Shown here: in pieces, positions 43,006 to 53,385 of the stretch
How the letters are laid out: each line of letters opens with the position of its first letter
Position numbering within the stretch: the first letter of the stretch is position 1
Assembly: GCA_000004985.1 (NCBI GenBank)
Contig: GG738881.1
Direction: 5' to 3' (one strand)
DNA from: Naegleria gruberi
Lineage: Eukaryota
Length of the DNA stretch: 64,000 nt
Translations under genes and position numbers: made by a program
Notes under the pieces: model-generated
Database searches by the model: none
What the model was told of the DNA's origin: nothing
What the model saw: only the letters and a program-made list of their open reading frames with translations

Positions 43006-43026
43006 ACCACGTCAACCACTTTACAG
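43006..43026 (+). CDS. Cytochrome P450, 21-nt micro-exon encoding TTSTTLQ
   Basis: TTTAG|ACCACGTCAACCACTTTACAG|GTGAGT completes the P450 helix-I consensus (A/G)GxETT(S/A). Frame-preserving between exons 1 and 3. Confidence 0.6.
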
Positions 43027-43067
43027 GTGAGTAGAAATTGATTATGTGGAATTTCTAATAATGAAAG

Positions 43068-43454
43068 TGGGTCATTTATGAGCTTGCTAAGAATCCTCAA
43101 TACCAAGAGAAGGCAAGGGAGGAAATTGAAAGAGTTCTCTCTGAAAGAATACCATCCTATGATGATTATGATAATTTGGATTTACTTAATTGCATCTTTT
43201 TGGAAACTTTGAGATTACATCCTGCTGCAGCTGGAATTCTCAAACAAGCCAACAAGACCATCACTATTGGAAAGTATACTATTCCAAAGGATACCATTGT
43301 TGATTGCTCCATTGTTGGAGTTCAAACAAGTGAAAGTGTTTGGCCAGAAGCCTCAGTCTTTAAACCAGAACGTTGGCTGGATAGAGAGTTTAGATCTAAA
43401 GCTCAACATGATTATTCATTCCTTAGTTTCTCCACTGGTTTGAGAAAGTGCATT
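43068..43454 (+). CDS. Cytochrome P450, exon 3
   Basis: WVIYELAKNPQYQEKAREEI...ETLRLHP (ExxR) ... FSTGLRKCI (haem-binding FxxGxRxC). Donor ATT|GTAAGT. Confidence 0.75.
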
Positions 43455-43503
43455 GTAAGTTTTTCTTCTCCGTAACAATTTTACTAAATTGAAATAATTT
43501 AAG

Positions 43504-43668
43504 GGATTCAATTTTTCAAAAATGGAAGCTTGCATGATTTTGGCAAGAGTATTGAAAAAGTACAAGTTTGAATTGCTTAACAATGAAGCACAAGGAGATA
43601 TTGTCGTTGGTTCTAAAGGAGTAACTACAAGACCAGAAAATCTCAAAGTCAAAGTTACTAAACTTTAA
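43504..43668 (+). CDS. Cytochrome P450, exon 4
   Basis: Acceptor AATTTAAG|G completes C-I-G of the haem loop, then the L-helix; stop at 43666-43668. Confidence 0.7.
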   Translation, partial: GFNFSKMEACMILARVLKKYKFELLNNEAQGDIVVGSKGVTTRPENLKVKVTKL

Positions 43669-43925
43669 TCATAGTAGTGAGCAGTAAAATCAATTTGTAC
43701 AATTGTAAAGTGGACTATTTAGCAAGAGGGTGCACAATCTACTCATATTACAACAGTGTTGAATGTATGCGGCTTGTTGTTGGATTTTCAATCTGAAAGT
43801 TCTTTCATATCTGATTTTCCATGGCGGATACTTCTTAACAGTTATTACACCCGCATGGATTTGTGGAAATTGGTATTTAAATCTTCCACCAAACACAATT
43901 GTATCATCAAAACAAAATCAAAAAA

Positions 43926-44891
43926 ATGTCTCTTCTCCAAAATCTTAAACGTATTGAATTCTACACTGCTTTCATTTGTCCATATGCACACAGATCATTG
44001 ATTGCTATCATTGAAAGTCAACTGCAAGGAAAATTGCCAAAGTTTGCCTCAGTTTTGAACTCTGAAGAAACCAAACCAATTTATTACAATGAAATTGACT
44101 TGCTCCTTGATGAGCAAACAAAGGAGCATTACAAACGTATCAATCCACAAGGAAAGGTACCAGCTCTCAAACTTGTATTGAACGATGATACTTCTCTGGT
44201 TGTTAACGAATCACTTGTCATTGGCGAATTCATTCAAGAAACTTTCAACCCAAATCTATTGCCACAATCAGAAAATCCAATTGAGACTGCATTTGCCAAA
44301 GCTCAGTACAAGATTTGGACTTCTTACTTTGACAGTAATTTTACCTCACTTTTCTTTAAGATTTCCTTTGAAAAACTTACAGTCGATGCTGTTATCACTG
44401 AGCAGCTCCCTATCACTCATGAGAAAATCTCATTCCTTGTTCAAAATGGTTTCAAACCAAATCAAAAGGGTAGAGGTGATTTCTTCTTTGGCGATCAATT
44501 CAGCTTATTGGATGGAGCTCTCATTCCATTCATTATTAGATTTGATTCGAATTTGAGAAATCAGTATGGTGTTGATTTGTTTAAACCTCTCCCTACTGAC
44601 AATGAAACTGTTGTAGAATCATTGGCTATTTTCAAGAAGTGGTATCAAGCTGTAAGAGCTAGACCAAGTGTCAAGAAATCTGCATATGAGCCAGACTTTG
44701 TTCCACTCTCAACTACTTCAAATGCTACCAGAAAAGTACTCGTTTCAGGTTATGAAGCAACTCTTGAGGAAGAGCAATCTGGAAAGAAGAAGGAAATTGT
44801 ATCTGCTACTGAACTCCAAGTTGATTGGTTTGATTATGAAAGGTATTTAACAAGAGGTTATGAATTGCGCCTTGCCAAGTTACAAAAATAA
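43926..44891 (+). CDS. Glutathione S-transferase, Omega/Xi class (glutathionyl-hydroquinone reductase-like), about 321 aa
   Basis: Thioredoxin-fold N-terminus with active-site CPYAHR (Omega CPFAxR / Xi CPWAHR), cis-Pro region KVPAL, alpha-helical C-terminal domain. First ATG at 43926. Confidence 0.6.
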   Translation: MSLLQNLKRIEFYTAFICPYAHRSLIAIIESQLQGKLPKFASVLNSEETKPIYYNEIDLLLDEQTKEHYKRINPQGKVPALKLVLNDDTSLVVNESLVIGEFIQETFNPNLLPQSENPIETAFAKAQYKIWTSYFDSNFTSLFFKISFEKLTVDAVITEQLPITHEKISFLVQNGFKPNQKGRGDFFFGDQFSLLDGALIPFIIRFDSNLRNQYGVDLFKPLPTDNETVVESLAIFKKWYQAVRARPSVKKSAYEPDFVPLSTTSNATRKVLVSGYEATLEEEQSGKKKEIVSATELQVDWFDYERYLTRGYELRLAKLQK

Positions 44892-44908
44892 ACCCTTACT
44901 CGTTGTGT

Positions 44909-45475
44909 TTAATTAATCTTACTGAAACAAGTTGATGTAGACACACAATTAACATAATCAACAGAAGAAACTTCCTCCAATTTGTTTCCATGTAAACTGC
45001 TATTCCTTGCCAAACATTCCAATACTTCCTTTTTACATAATGCAGTACCAACCAAGAGTCCAAATACTTGTTTCTCTACAATACATTCCTTTTCCAAGTC
45101 TTTGGCCTTAGCTGTACATTCAATCATTGCTTCATATTCTTTTGTTGCAATTTGATCTTTGATGTGAAGCAGTTTTTCTTCAATTGATTGCTCATTATCA
45201 CTCTCATTGGCATAATAATTCGAAATAATATTTGTTGGCTCTTCACTGCTTGGTTTGAATTTGAGAGATTTCAAAACTGACATGATTTTAGGTCTTACTT
45301 GAATCAATGTTTCAGGTTCTGACCATCTCATCCTTCTACTTTCAAAAACTGCAAAATCATCTTGTACATAATTTGCTTCAACACAATATGTAATATCTCT
45401 ATACATTTCCTTAGCTTCCTTTTCTGTCAATTGTCTTGCAGGTATTGGAAATAATCCATCAACACATCTATTAAA
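44909..45475 (-). CDS. Hypothetical N-myristoylated protein, exon 2
   Basis: Acceptor TTTCTAG|TTT joins in frame to FNRCVDGLFPIPARQLTEKEAKEMY.... Intron 45476-45549 (74 nt). No recognised domain. Confidence 0.5.
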   Translation of the reverse strand, partial: FNRCVDGLFPIPARQLTEKEAKEMYRDITYCVEANYVQDDFAVFESRRMRWSEPETLIQVRPKIMSVLKSLKFKPSSEEPTNIISNYYANESDNEQSIEEKLLHIKDQIATKEYEAMIECTAKAKDLEKECIVEKQVFGLLVGTALCKKEVLECLARNSSLHGNKLEEVSSVDYVNCVSTSTCFSKIN

Positions 45476-45549
45476 CTAGAAATTGAACACCATTTCACAC
45501 AATATTATTAGAAATAATCCAACACCACATCCACAACCAATAAACAAAC

Positions 45550-45900
45550 CTTTCCAGTCCTAAACTTTGTATAATCATTCATTGGACAAATTTCAATAAA
45601 ACCTTGACTATATTCAGCAGGCACCTTTAAATCATGAAAATATGTTTCCACATCCAAATTACACCTCGTAAAACTATCCAATAGAGCATCAAAATGGGCT
45701 TGTTGTTCTTTAAATCCCGGATACTTTTTCTCCATATATTGATCATCATAATTTATATAATCTACGAGATCGAGCGAGAAATCTCTCGTTACAACTACTA
45801 CTTGATCATCGGTACTACCACCAAATAAATCAAAATTAATCACATTTTCTCCATTCGTGTTGGTTGTCGAGGTTCCGTCTTGAGAAGTTGAATTGCCCAT
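45550..45900 (-). CDS. Hypothetical N-myristoylated protein, exon 1
   Basis: Starts MGNSTSQ, a consensus N-myristoylation signal. Donor AAG|GTTTGT. Confidence 0.5.
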
Positions 45901-46154
45901 TTTTTTAATAATATTAATTTGTTATTTATTAATTATTTAAATAGTTTTTTGCAACCAATTCCATCATTCCGATCATCAAAACAACAAATTTAATATTGAA
46001 AATAAATCCTGGTGATGATGGAACATTTCAAATTTCTACCATTCCAAAGAATATTTTATTCCATAAGGCTTGTTCCTCTTCTGGTCTGCTTGAACATCAC
46101 AACAAGGCTAAAAAAAATTCGGAATCGAAACTCTTCATCAGCAAGAAGAAAAAA

Positions 46155-47183
46155 ATGTTGAGTGATGACCAATTTAGAAAGTTGTTGGGAGTTGGCTTGA
46201 TCAAAAAGTCTTCTCCAGCAACCAACAAGACAATGGAAACACAAAAGACTACACAAACCTCTCAATCCGATAATTTTCTCACTTCCTTGTTGAATTCGGA
46301 TACACCTAGTATGGAGGATGATTCGTTTGGAACGAGTCAACATTCACAATATGTTGATAAACCATCTGTAGTAGTACAACAAAAACAACCAGTAGAATCA
46401 CTTGGAAAGCCTTCTTCACAAAATGTAACAATACCTCCTCTCACTCATAATATGGAAACATCATCATCGTCTCCTTCAATAGTAGCAAAAACATCTATGG
46501 AAGAACAAATTGATAAAGCCTTTGATGAATTGACTCAAATGGATGATGTTGATTTGATTTCAACCCCCAAAAAGAATACTCAAACAAATAATGTAAATAA
46601 TGTAAATAATAAGGACGATCAAGTAAGAGTTGAATTAATTGATGAAATGGAATATTTGGAAACAAGTTCACCAAAACCATCTTCTCCTTTAATTGAAGAA
46701 CCAGAGAAGGAAGAAGAAAAAGAAATTGAAGAGGAAAAAGAAATTAGAGAAGAATCAGAATCAGAGAAAAATATTTGGGAAGAATCTGACGACAATTCTC
46801 AAACACGTCCAAGAACATCAAGGAGAAAGAGAACGCCTAAGAAATCACCCAAGAAGAAAGTAGAAACACCAAAGAAATCTCCAAAAAAGCAAACCACTCC
46901 AAAGAAACAAACTACCCCAAAGAAATCGCCCAAGAAGAAAATTGATACCGAATCTGAAGACTCTGAGGAAGAGAAGAGTAAGAAGAGAAAATCTCCAGCA
47001 AAATCAAAGAAATCTCCTGCCAAAAAGTCTAAGAAACAAGACGATGACGAATGGGATGAGAAATATAATGAGGAAATCAAAAGACTGAAGGACCAATTTG
47101 CATTGGTGGACAAGACGAAACTGGTCAAGCACACAGTTGGCAATTTAAATACTACTCACTTTAGTGATATCTATAATGAATAA
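46155..47183 (+). CDS. Lys-rich SPKK-repeat protein (linker-histone-H1-like / chromatin protein), about 342 aa
   Basis: C-terminal repeats TPKKSPKKKVETPKKSPKKQTTPKKQTTPKKSPKKK and an acidic EEKE stretch. First ATG at 46155. Confidence 0.5.
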   Translation: MLSDDQFRKLLGVGLIKKSSPATNKTMETQKTTQTSQSDNFLTSLLNSDTPSMEDDSFGTSQHSQYVDKPSVVVQQKQPVESLGKPSSQNVTIPPLTHNMETSSSSPSIVAKTSMEEQIDKAFDELTQMDDVDLISTPKKNTQTNNVNNVNNKDDQVRVELIDEMEYLETSSPKPSSPLIEEPEKEEEKEIEEEKEIREESESEKNIWEESDDNSQTRPRTSRRKRTPKKSPKKKVETPKKSPKKQTTPKKQTTPKKSPKKKIDTESEDSEEEKSKKRKSPAKSKKSPAKKSKKQDDDEWDEKYNEEIKRLKDQFALVDKTKLVKHTVGNLNTTHFSDIYNE

Positions 47184-47217
47184 ATTTTGTTCACTTATCT
47201 TTTTTGACTTGAACGTT

Positions 47218-48270
47218 TTATTGGTTATTATTATCAAAAGCCTGTCTCACTAATCGAGCTAATCGTTTTTGATGGCCCAGTTTCGTCACTCCCAATGCTT
47301 TAAAGTCATTTTGGTCAACCAAATGTTTAATGTCGGCAAGTATCAACAATTTCTTCTTCTTGAACAACTTTTCATATTCAGATAAATCATTAATTTCCAA
47401 AAATTGTGGAATGGACATATTTTCAATCTTTTCCTTTTTTCCTTCCTCATCTCGTGAGCTGGCCCAATCTAGTGCCTTACTTAATAGCCAAATTCTAAAC
47501 TCTTCTGATTTCTTTATAGAGGGATAGGTTTCAGTATTAATTTGTACAATTACATCCATCAAAATAGAATCAATCCAATGTAGATAATCCTCTTTAGGCG
47601 TCAAGGCATTGTTTAAATCTCTCTCGAACTTTCTAATAAATCTATTAGAAACATTTAATTGACACTCACTGCCATCCCTCAAAAATCTATCACAAATATT
47701 TAAGCATATTCCTCGTAAGCTTTCCTCGGTGACTCTATCTGAGTCAGATGTCATATTATTAGCAATGTTATCAATGAGTTGAATGAAGCTAACCTGTTCA
47801 TCCTTTTGTTGTTGCCTCAGTGATTGAATCAACATTTTCTTTCCCTCCATACAAAAGCAAAACGATTCCAATTTCTTGTAATGTTGAATCACTTGCATTA
47901 CAGAACTAAACTCAGGCGTTTCTGCTTTTGTAAAATTTGAAATACCTTCCTTTGGTATTTCAATACATAGAGACCCACTCTCAATGGATTCAAAAGAAGT
48001 ATCGAGTCTGCCACTCATATCGGCCGAAGCTGAGTTTCTCTTCCCACAAGAAAAGGCCGAACTCAATCTAATTTTCAATCCTGCATTCGAAGAGGTAGGA
48101 GAAGTAGGAGGCGAGCTCAAATACGAAACATCAGAAGAGGTAGGGGAGCTACACGTTGATTCTTCGTCTTTAGTCATATTGAATCGATGGGAGAGGTCAC
48201 TCAATCGAACTGAAATTGATTTACTTCCCATCAGATCACTCCACGATTTCTTGAGAAAGTTTGGTGGCAT
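47218..48270 (-). CDS. SAM-domain protein, 350 aa
   Basis: C-terminal SAM domain ...YEKLFKKKKLLILADIKHLVDQNDFKALGVTKLGHQKRLARLV. The N-terminal region is Ser-rich and unassigned. Confidence 0.55.
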   Translation of the reverse strand: MPPNFLKKSWSDLMGSKSISVRLSDLSHRFNMTKDEESTCSSPTSSDVSYLSSPPTSPTSSNAGLKIRLSSAFSCGKRNSASADMSGRLDTSFESIESGSLCIEIPKEGISNFTKAETPEFSSVMQVIQHYKKLESFCFCMEGKKMLIQSLRQQQKDEQVSFIQLIDNIANNMTSDSDRVTEESLRGICLNICDRFLRDGSECQLNVSNRFIRKFERDLNNALTPKEDYLHWIDSILMDVIVQINTETYPSIKKSEEFRIWLLSKALDWASSRDEEGKKEKIENMSIPQFLEINDLSEYEKLFKKKKLLILADIKHLVDQNDFKALGVTKLGHQKRLARLVRQAFDNNNQ

Positions 48271-48920
48271 TTTGTTTTACTGTTTCAGTTCACAAACAAG
48301 ATGTCGAGGCCATTGGAGATATTTCACCTTCTACTGGTGTTGATAGGATTCAAATAAATAGCAACCTGTGTTATGTTTTCCTAAAGCAAGTCAAAATTTA
48401 GTAAAATTGGGTACTCCATTTTGTTTATCTCTTATCAAGGAGTACCAACTTTGCAGAGAATCACCATTTCCAATTCAATTTAAATATATTAATAATTATG
48501 CAATTAATTCAAAGGCTGTTCATCTCCATCATATAAATGTTATTTGTTTTGTTGTGGTAATATTTTTCCTCTCTACGTTTCCGAAGATATGTATGCTGCC
48601 ATTCATACTACTCCCACATTTGTTGTTTAAGGAGCAAAATAAAGTTGAATATGAAGGTAGCAAGAACAAGAAGAACTTGTTGACGAATTTTTATTTATCA
48701 ATAATTTTTCCCTCCACTTTTTAAAATTTAAACGTTAAACGGTATTTGGCGCCCAAATTCAATCCACAAAATTAAAAAAAAATAAAACAACAAGAGGCAT
48801 CATCATCTTTGCCGGTTATAAATTTATTTATTTACAACATCAAGACATCAACGAGTGTGCACTCACAGCAAAAAAGAAGGAGTAATATAGTACACTTTTG
48901 AGCCATATTTTGTAATCATC

Positions 48921-49368
48921 ATGTCTAACATGAATATTTCCCAAGACGATGATCGAGAGGATGAATTTTTAAGCTCCATGAGAACGTGGAATACAGACTC
49001 CACCAATACAGGACAGCTAGTTGATGATCCTTTTCTCTCAATGCAAGGAAGCGATAGTAATATTATGGTTTCAGTAAGATTGAGACCAGAAAGCGCTAAA
49101 GAAAAAATTGAGAGAAAAACTAGTACAACTGTTCGTGTTCTAGATAAGAATGTACTTGTTTTTGACCCTGTAGATACATCACAGGACCTTCACCAACGAA
49201 GAGCTCTAGGTTTGAGACGTGGAAAAGAATTAAGGTTTGCATTCGATAGAGTTTTCGATGATACATCAACACAATTAGAAGTTTATCAAAGTACAGCAAA
49301 GGCACTTTTGGAAAGTGTCTTGGAAGGATATAATGCCACCGTGTTTGCATACGGAGCTACTGGTGCTG
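48921..49368 (+). CDS. Kinesin-8 family motor protein, exon 1
   Basis: MVSVRLRP...FAFDRVF...[15 protein letters not shown] with the P-loop split by the intron. Donor GCTG|GTAAGT, phase 1. Confidence 0.8.
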
Positions 49369-49409
49369 GTAAGTTGAAAGATATTATTTTATAATTTACC
49401 TTATTACAG

Positions 49410-52108
49410 GTAAGACATTCACCATGTTTGGCTCGGAAATTAGTGGACCTGGTGTTCTACCTCTTACAATAATTGATATCTTTAGAATGATGGAACAAAA
49501 ACATGACAAGACTTACCGAGTGGCAATATCCTTCTTGGAGGTTTACAATGAAAATATTCACGATTTACTAGTACCACATACTGGAAAGGCAATTAATCAC
49601 GAAATTAGAGAAGACAAAGTGAAAGGAATAATAGTTTCTGGACTTTCTGAACACGTTTGCGAAAATGCTGATCAAGCTTTGGAACTAATTCAACTAGGTA
49701 TTGCTAACAGAACTCAATATGGAACAGCTGCTAATGCTCAATCTTCTAGGTCTCATGCTGTTTTTCAAATCAATGTTCAACAAACTGATAGAACAGCTAA
49801 TATTCAAGCAGATGTAGGAATTGGAAAATTATCATTAATTGACTTGGCAGGCTCAGAAAGAGCTTCGGTCACTAAGAATAGAGGTGCCAGACTTGTGGAA
49901 GGTGCAAATATTAACAAATCTCTGCTTGCCCTCTCGAACTGTATTAATGCACTTGGAAAAAACAAGGGAAAAGGTTATGTTCCATATCGTAACTCTAAGC
50001 TTACAAGACTTTTGAAAGACTCGTTGGGTGGTAATTGCAAAACAGTAATGATTGCAAATTTGAGTCCAAGTTACAGTTGTTATGACGATACATTCAATAC
50101 ACTCAAATATGCCAACAGAGCCAAGAGTATTAAGACAGTAGTCAAGAAGAATATCCACAATGTAAATTTCCATATTTCTAAATATCTGAAAATCATTGAT
50201 GAATTGAGGACAGAAATTAAAGAACTCAAGACACAAGCTCAAATCAAAGAACAAGAGGCTTCCTACATAGACTGTAAGAAGAATGAACAATACGAGAAGG
50301 AAAGGGATTCCACTGAGAAATTGAGAAGTCGTCTCTCTGAAGTTTTCCAAGAACAAATGCAAAATAGAAGAAAACTTCTTGAATTGGAAGAACAAGATAG
50401 ACAAAACTCTCTTCAAATAATGTCAATCAAGAATGATATTGAGCGATGGTCAAGAGAACATCCAAATGAAGAGAAACCATTACGTATTCATACTAGACAA
50501 AAGGATGCTGATACGCTCATAATTGCAAAGAGGGAATATGTTTCCAATAAGGAAGAAATTGAAAAGCGTCTTCAAGATAACATTTCATACACCAAGTCCT
50601 TACAAGATAATATTCCAAAAATGGTTTCCAATAATGAGTTGCGTCAATTAGTGGATCTTCAAGTTAAGGTACATGACCAAGAGATACTCAATCTTGATTT
50701 AGAGAGAATGATCGAACACCACAAATCCAAAGTACAGAGAATGTCACTTATCTTGGAAGATAATCAATATTGCTCTGTAAAGGTATTGGAATATGTACAG
50801 GATATGTATGATCGTCTTAGAGAGACTAACAGTTTAAATCCAGATATTGAAAAATCCTACTCTATGTGTACCACTCTCCTGGACGCTATTGAAAAACAAT
50901 CAACTCTTGATCATGTAAATAATGCCCAATCCCAACAAAATTCACAATCACAGCCACCACCAAACATTGAGACTGACTATGATTCAATGGTTGAAGAAGC
51001 TCTCAAAACTCCAAAATATTTACACAATGGTATCAAGAAAAAGAGAAGAAGCTCTCTTCAATTCTCATCACTCTTCCAACTCTCCTTCCCAAATAATCCA
51101 GAAGAAAGAACTGTTATCAAGCCATCAGAATTTGCTGCAAACAACTCGAAGCCAACCTCAAAAGGTATTAGAGCCAAACGTCCTAAAGACTCACGCCCTC
51201 CAAAGTCTCAATCTTCAGTCAAGTACAATAACTTTTTCTCTGAACCTATTGAAGGTGCCTCTTCTCAACAACAACCACAAATCGATTCCAACTCTGACAA
51301 GACTATTTCTCCTCAGCTATCTCCTCAAATGAGTAATCTTTCCCTCACTGATGCCATAGACAGTGGAGAAATGAATCCAAGCCTTACACCAGATGATGAT
51401 TTAATGATGGACGATGGACAGGAAGTTTTATTCCTCAAAAGACATACAGAGCCAAGAGATGAAGAAACCTATCAATCTCCAACCAAGAAAGGCATAGATA
51501 GCCTTGCACAACGCCACTTTTCTCCACTCAAAAAGGCTTCAGCAGAAGGTATTAATGCTCTCAAGGAAAAGTTTGAAAAATTCAGAACTGACTATATGGA
51601 AGCAAAGAGTGGTGAGGTTAAAACTAGGGTTCGTGTAAAGAAGATTAATCTTTCGCCAACCAGAGAAACTCAACCTCCTCTCTCACCAAATCAACTGAAA
51701 GGTGCTAGAGCTAGAAAATATGATGACTCTAATCCTGAAAAACCTCAAAAGCCAAAGAGTAAGAAGGTTAAATTTGAAGCAACAATAGGTGATTCTCCTT
51801 CTTCCCCTAAACCAGTTCCTGGATATATGGCCTATACTCAATCAGCCCAGCATCGTATTGGAGCAACGACAGCTTCTAAGAAGAAACCACTAGTTCCACC
51901 AGTGTCTTTCAACTCGGATAATGATTGGATACTCAATTTGAGATCTAATAAGGAAAATAACAATGGACAATCCCATTCCTCTTCTACTTCATCCCTTCTC
52001 TTACACCCTCAACCTAATCCAAACATTCATCACCTCACTGCCAAACCTAGAAAGTCTATTTCCCTCATGCATCCTCAACAACAACCAAACTCACCTAGAA
52101 CGAAATAA
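49410..52108 (+). CDS. Kinesin-8 family motor protein, exon 2 (about 1048 aa in total)
   Basis: Acceptor TTATTACAG|GT gives G-KTFTM; SSRSHAVFQI, LIDLAGSER, GANINKSLLALSNCINAL...VPYRNSKLTRLLKDSLGGNCKTVMIANLSPS. Very close to KIF18/Kip3 motors. Coiled-coil stalk and S/P-rich tail. Confidence 0.8.
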
Positions 52109-52393
52109 ACCTTATTTATCATTTGAGATGTATTTGGGCGGGTCTAAGATATTCTTTGTAAAGACAGCTTGTAATTCTATCAACAATACTTTATTCATTA
52201 ATCATTTCAATGATTATTCAATTTAACATAAGTTTTTACCATCTGATGAAATCAAAGGCATACATCCACTACAAACGTAAACGTAGTCTGCAACCCAATT
52301 ATCAATTGCTTGATATTTCAAGTTAATTTTTAAGCATTCATTAGAGGCAAGACGAGCTGCATGTTTTGGATAATTTCTAACTTTTGGAGTTAT

Positions 52394-53239
52394 TTATTGA
52401 GCAGTATTTGGAGTAGAAGGAGAGGTTGCTGTTTTTAAAGCATCCCTTTGTTGTTTAAACTCAGCCATTTCCTTTGTGTATTGTTCCTTATATTTGAGTT
52501 TTGTGCCTTCGTCCAATTCTTTCCATCTCTTGGATGCAAGCTTGGCCATATCATGGGCACTGCACTTTTGATTCATTGCCTGAATTTCAGCCTTAATATC
52601 TGGGCAAACTTCCTTATAAAATCTCATAAATCCTGTTGTTGGAGCACCAGAAAGGGCATTCATTTTCTTCTTGGCTTGTTTGTAGACTTCCATTTGTTTA
52701 GTATATCTTTCCTTCTCTTCTTGAATATAGCTGTAATAGATATTCTTCTCATTTTCGGAAAGCTTGGAAAATCTATCATACAATTCCTTATTAACTTCTA
52801 CAAAAGCTTGATCAGTAATCATCTTCTTTTCAAGCATTTCCTTCTTTACTTCGTTAAAATGTGTGGCGGTATAGATAAGGAATGCTGATGGAACTCTCTT
52901 TGGCCTTAAATCTTCAACAGCTTTGATTTCCTCTTCCCTGGCCTTCCTTCTTTCTTCTTTCAATGATTCCACGGCCTGCTTCTTTTGTACTTTCAATTGT
53001 TGGAGTGATTTTCTGAGTAGATTCACTTCTTCATTGATATCGCTGGAAGTTGTTGCTGGTGTGAAAGTTGTTGAGGTGGTGTTGAACCTCTTAGCCATCA
53101 CAGTGTGGAAACTTCTAAGTTGATGAGTGATACTAAGGATGTTCTTAGATGAGCCAAGAGTTCTGATCATGAGGAGCCTATTCTCCATTTTGCTATTCGT
53201 ATATATTGTTGTTTTTTTAAAGCAAGCCTTAATGCTCAT
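52394..53239 (-). CDS. Tandem HMG-box protein (two HMG boxes), possibly organellar TFAM/Abf2-like, 281 aa
   Basis: HMG box 1 PKRVPSAFLIYTATHFNEVKKEM. HMG box 2 PTTGFMRFYKEVCPDIKAEI...KRWKELDEGTKLKYKEQY. N-terminal Ser/Arg/Thr-rich 55 aa resembles a mitochondrial presequence. Confidence 0.6.
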   Translation of the reverse strand: MSIKACFKKTTIYTNSKMENRLLMIRTLGSSKNILSITHQLRSFHTVMAKRFNTTSTTFTPATTSSDINEEVNLLRKSLQQLKVQKKQAVESLKEERRKAREEEIKAVEDLRPKRVPSAFLIYTATHFNEVKKEMLEKKMITDQAFVEVNKELYDRFSKLSENEKNIYYSYIQEEKERYTKQMEVYKQAKKKMNALSGAPTTGFMRFYKEVCPDIKAEIQAMNQKCSAHDMAKLASKRWKELDEGTKLKYKEQYTKEMAEFKQQRDALKTATSPSTPNTAQ

Positions 53240-53385
53240 TATTTATACGAACCCCTTCCAACATCCGTAAATTTAATCAATTTCCAATCAATCAAAATCA
53301 AAATAATCATCTCTTCCAATCAACTTAAACTCTTCATCCTATTAACTTGAAATATTCGAATGTAAAATAAAGCAAAAGAGGAAAA

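Noticed and set aside
46799-47143. Minus-strand 114-aa ORF antisense to the SPKK-repeat gene; also 46056-46343 and 46495-46680
   Set aside because: Reverse-complement artefacts of a Lys/Glu-rich repetitive coding region (F/S/G repeats mirror K/E/P).
48368-48724. 118-aa ORF in the spacer upstream of kinesin-8
   Set aside because: AT-rich, alternative start, no domain, sits in a likely promoter region.
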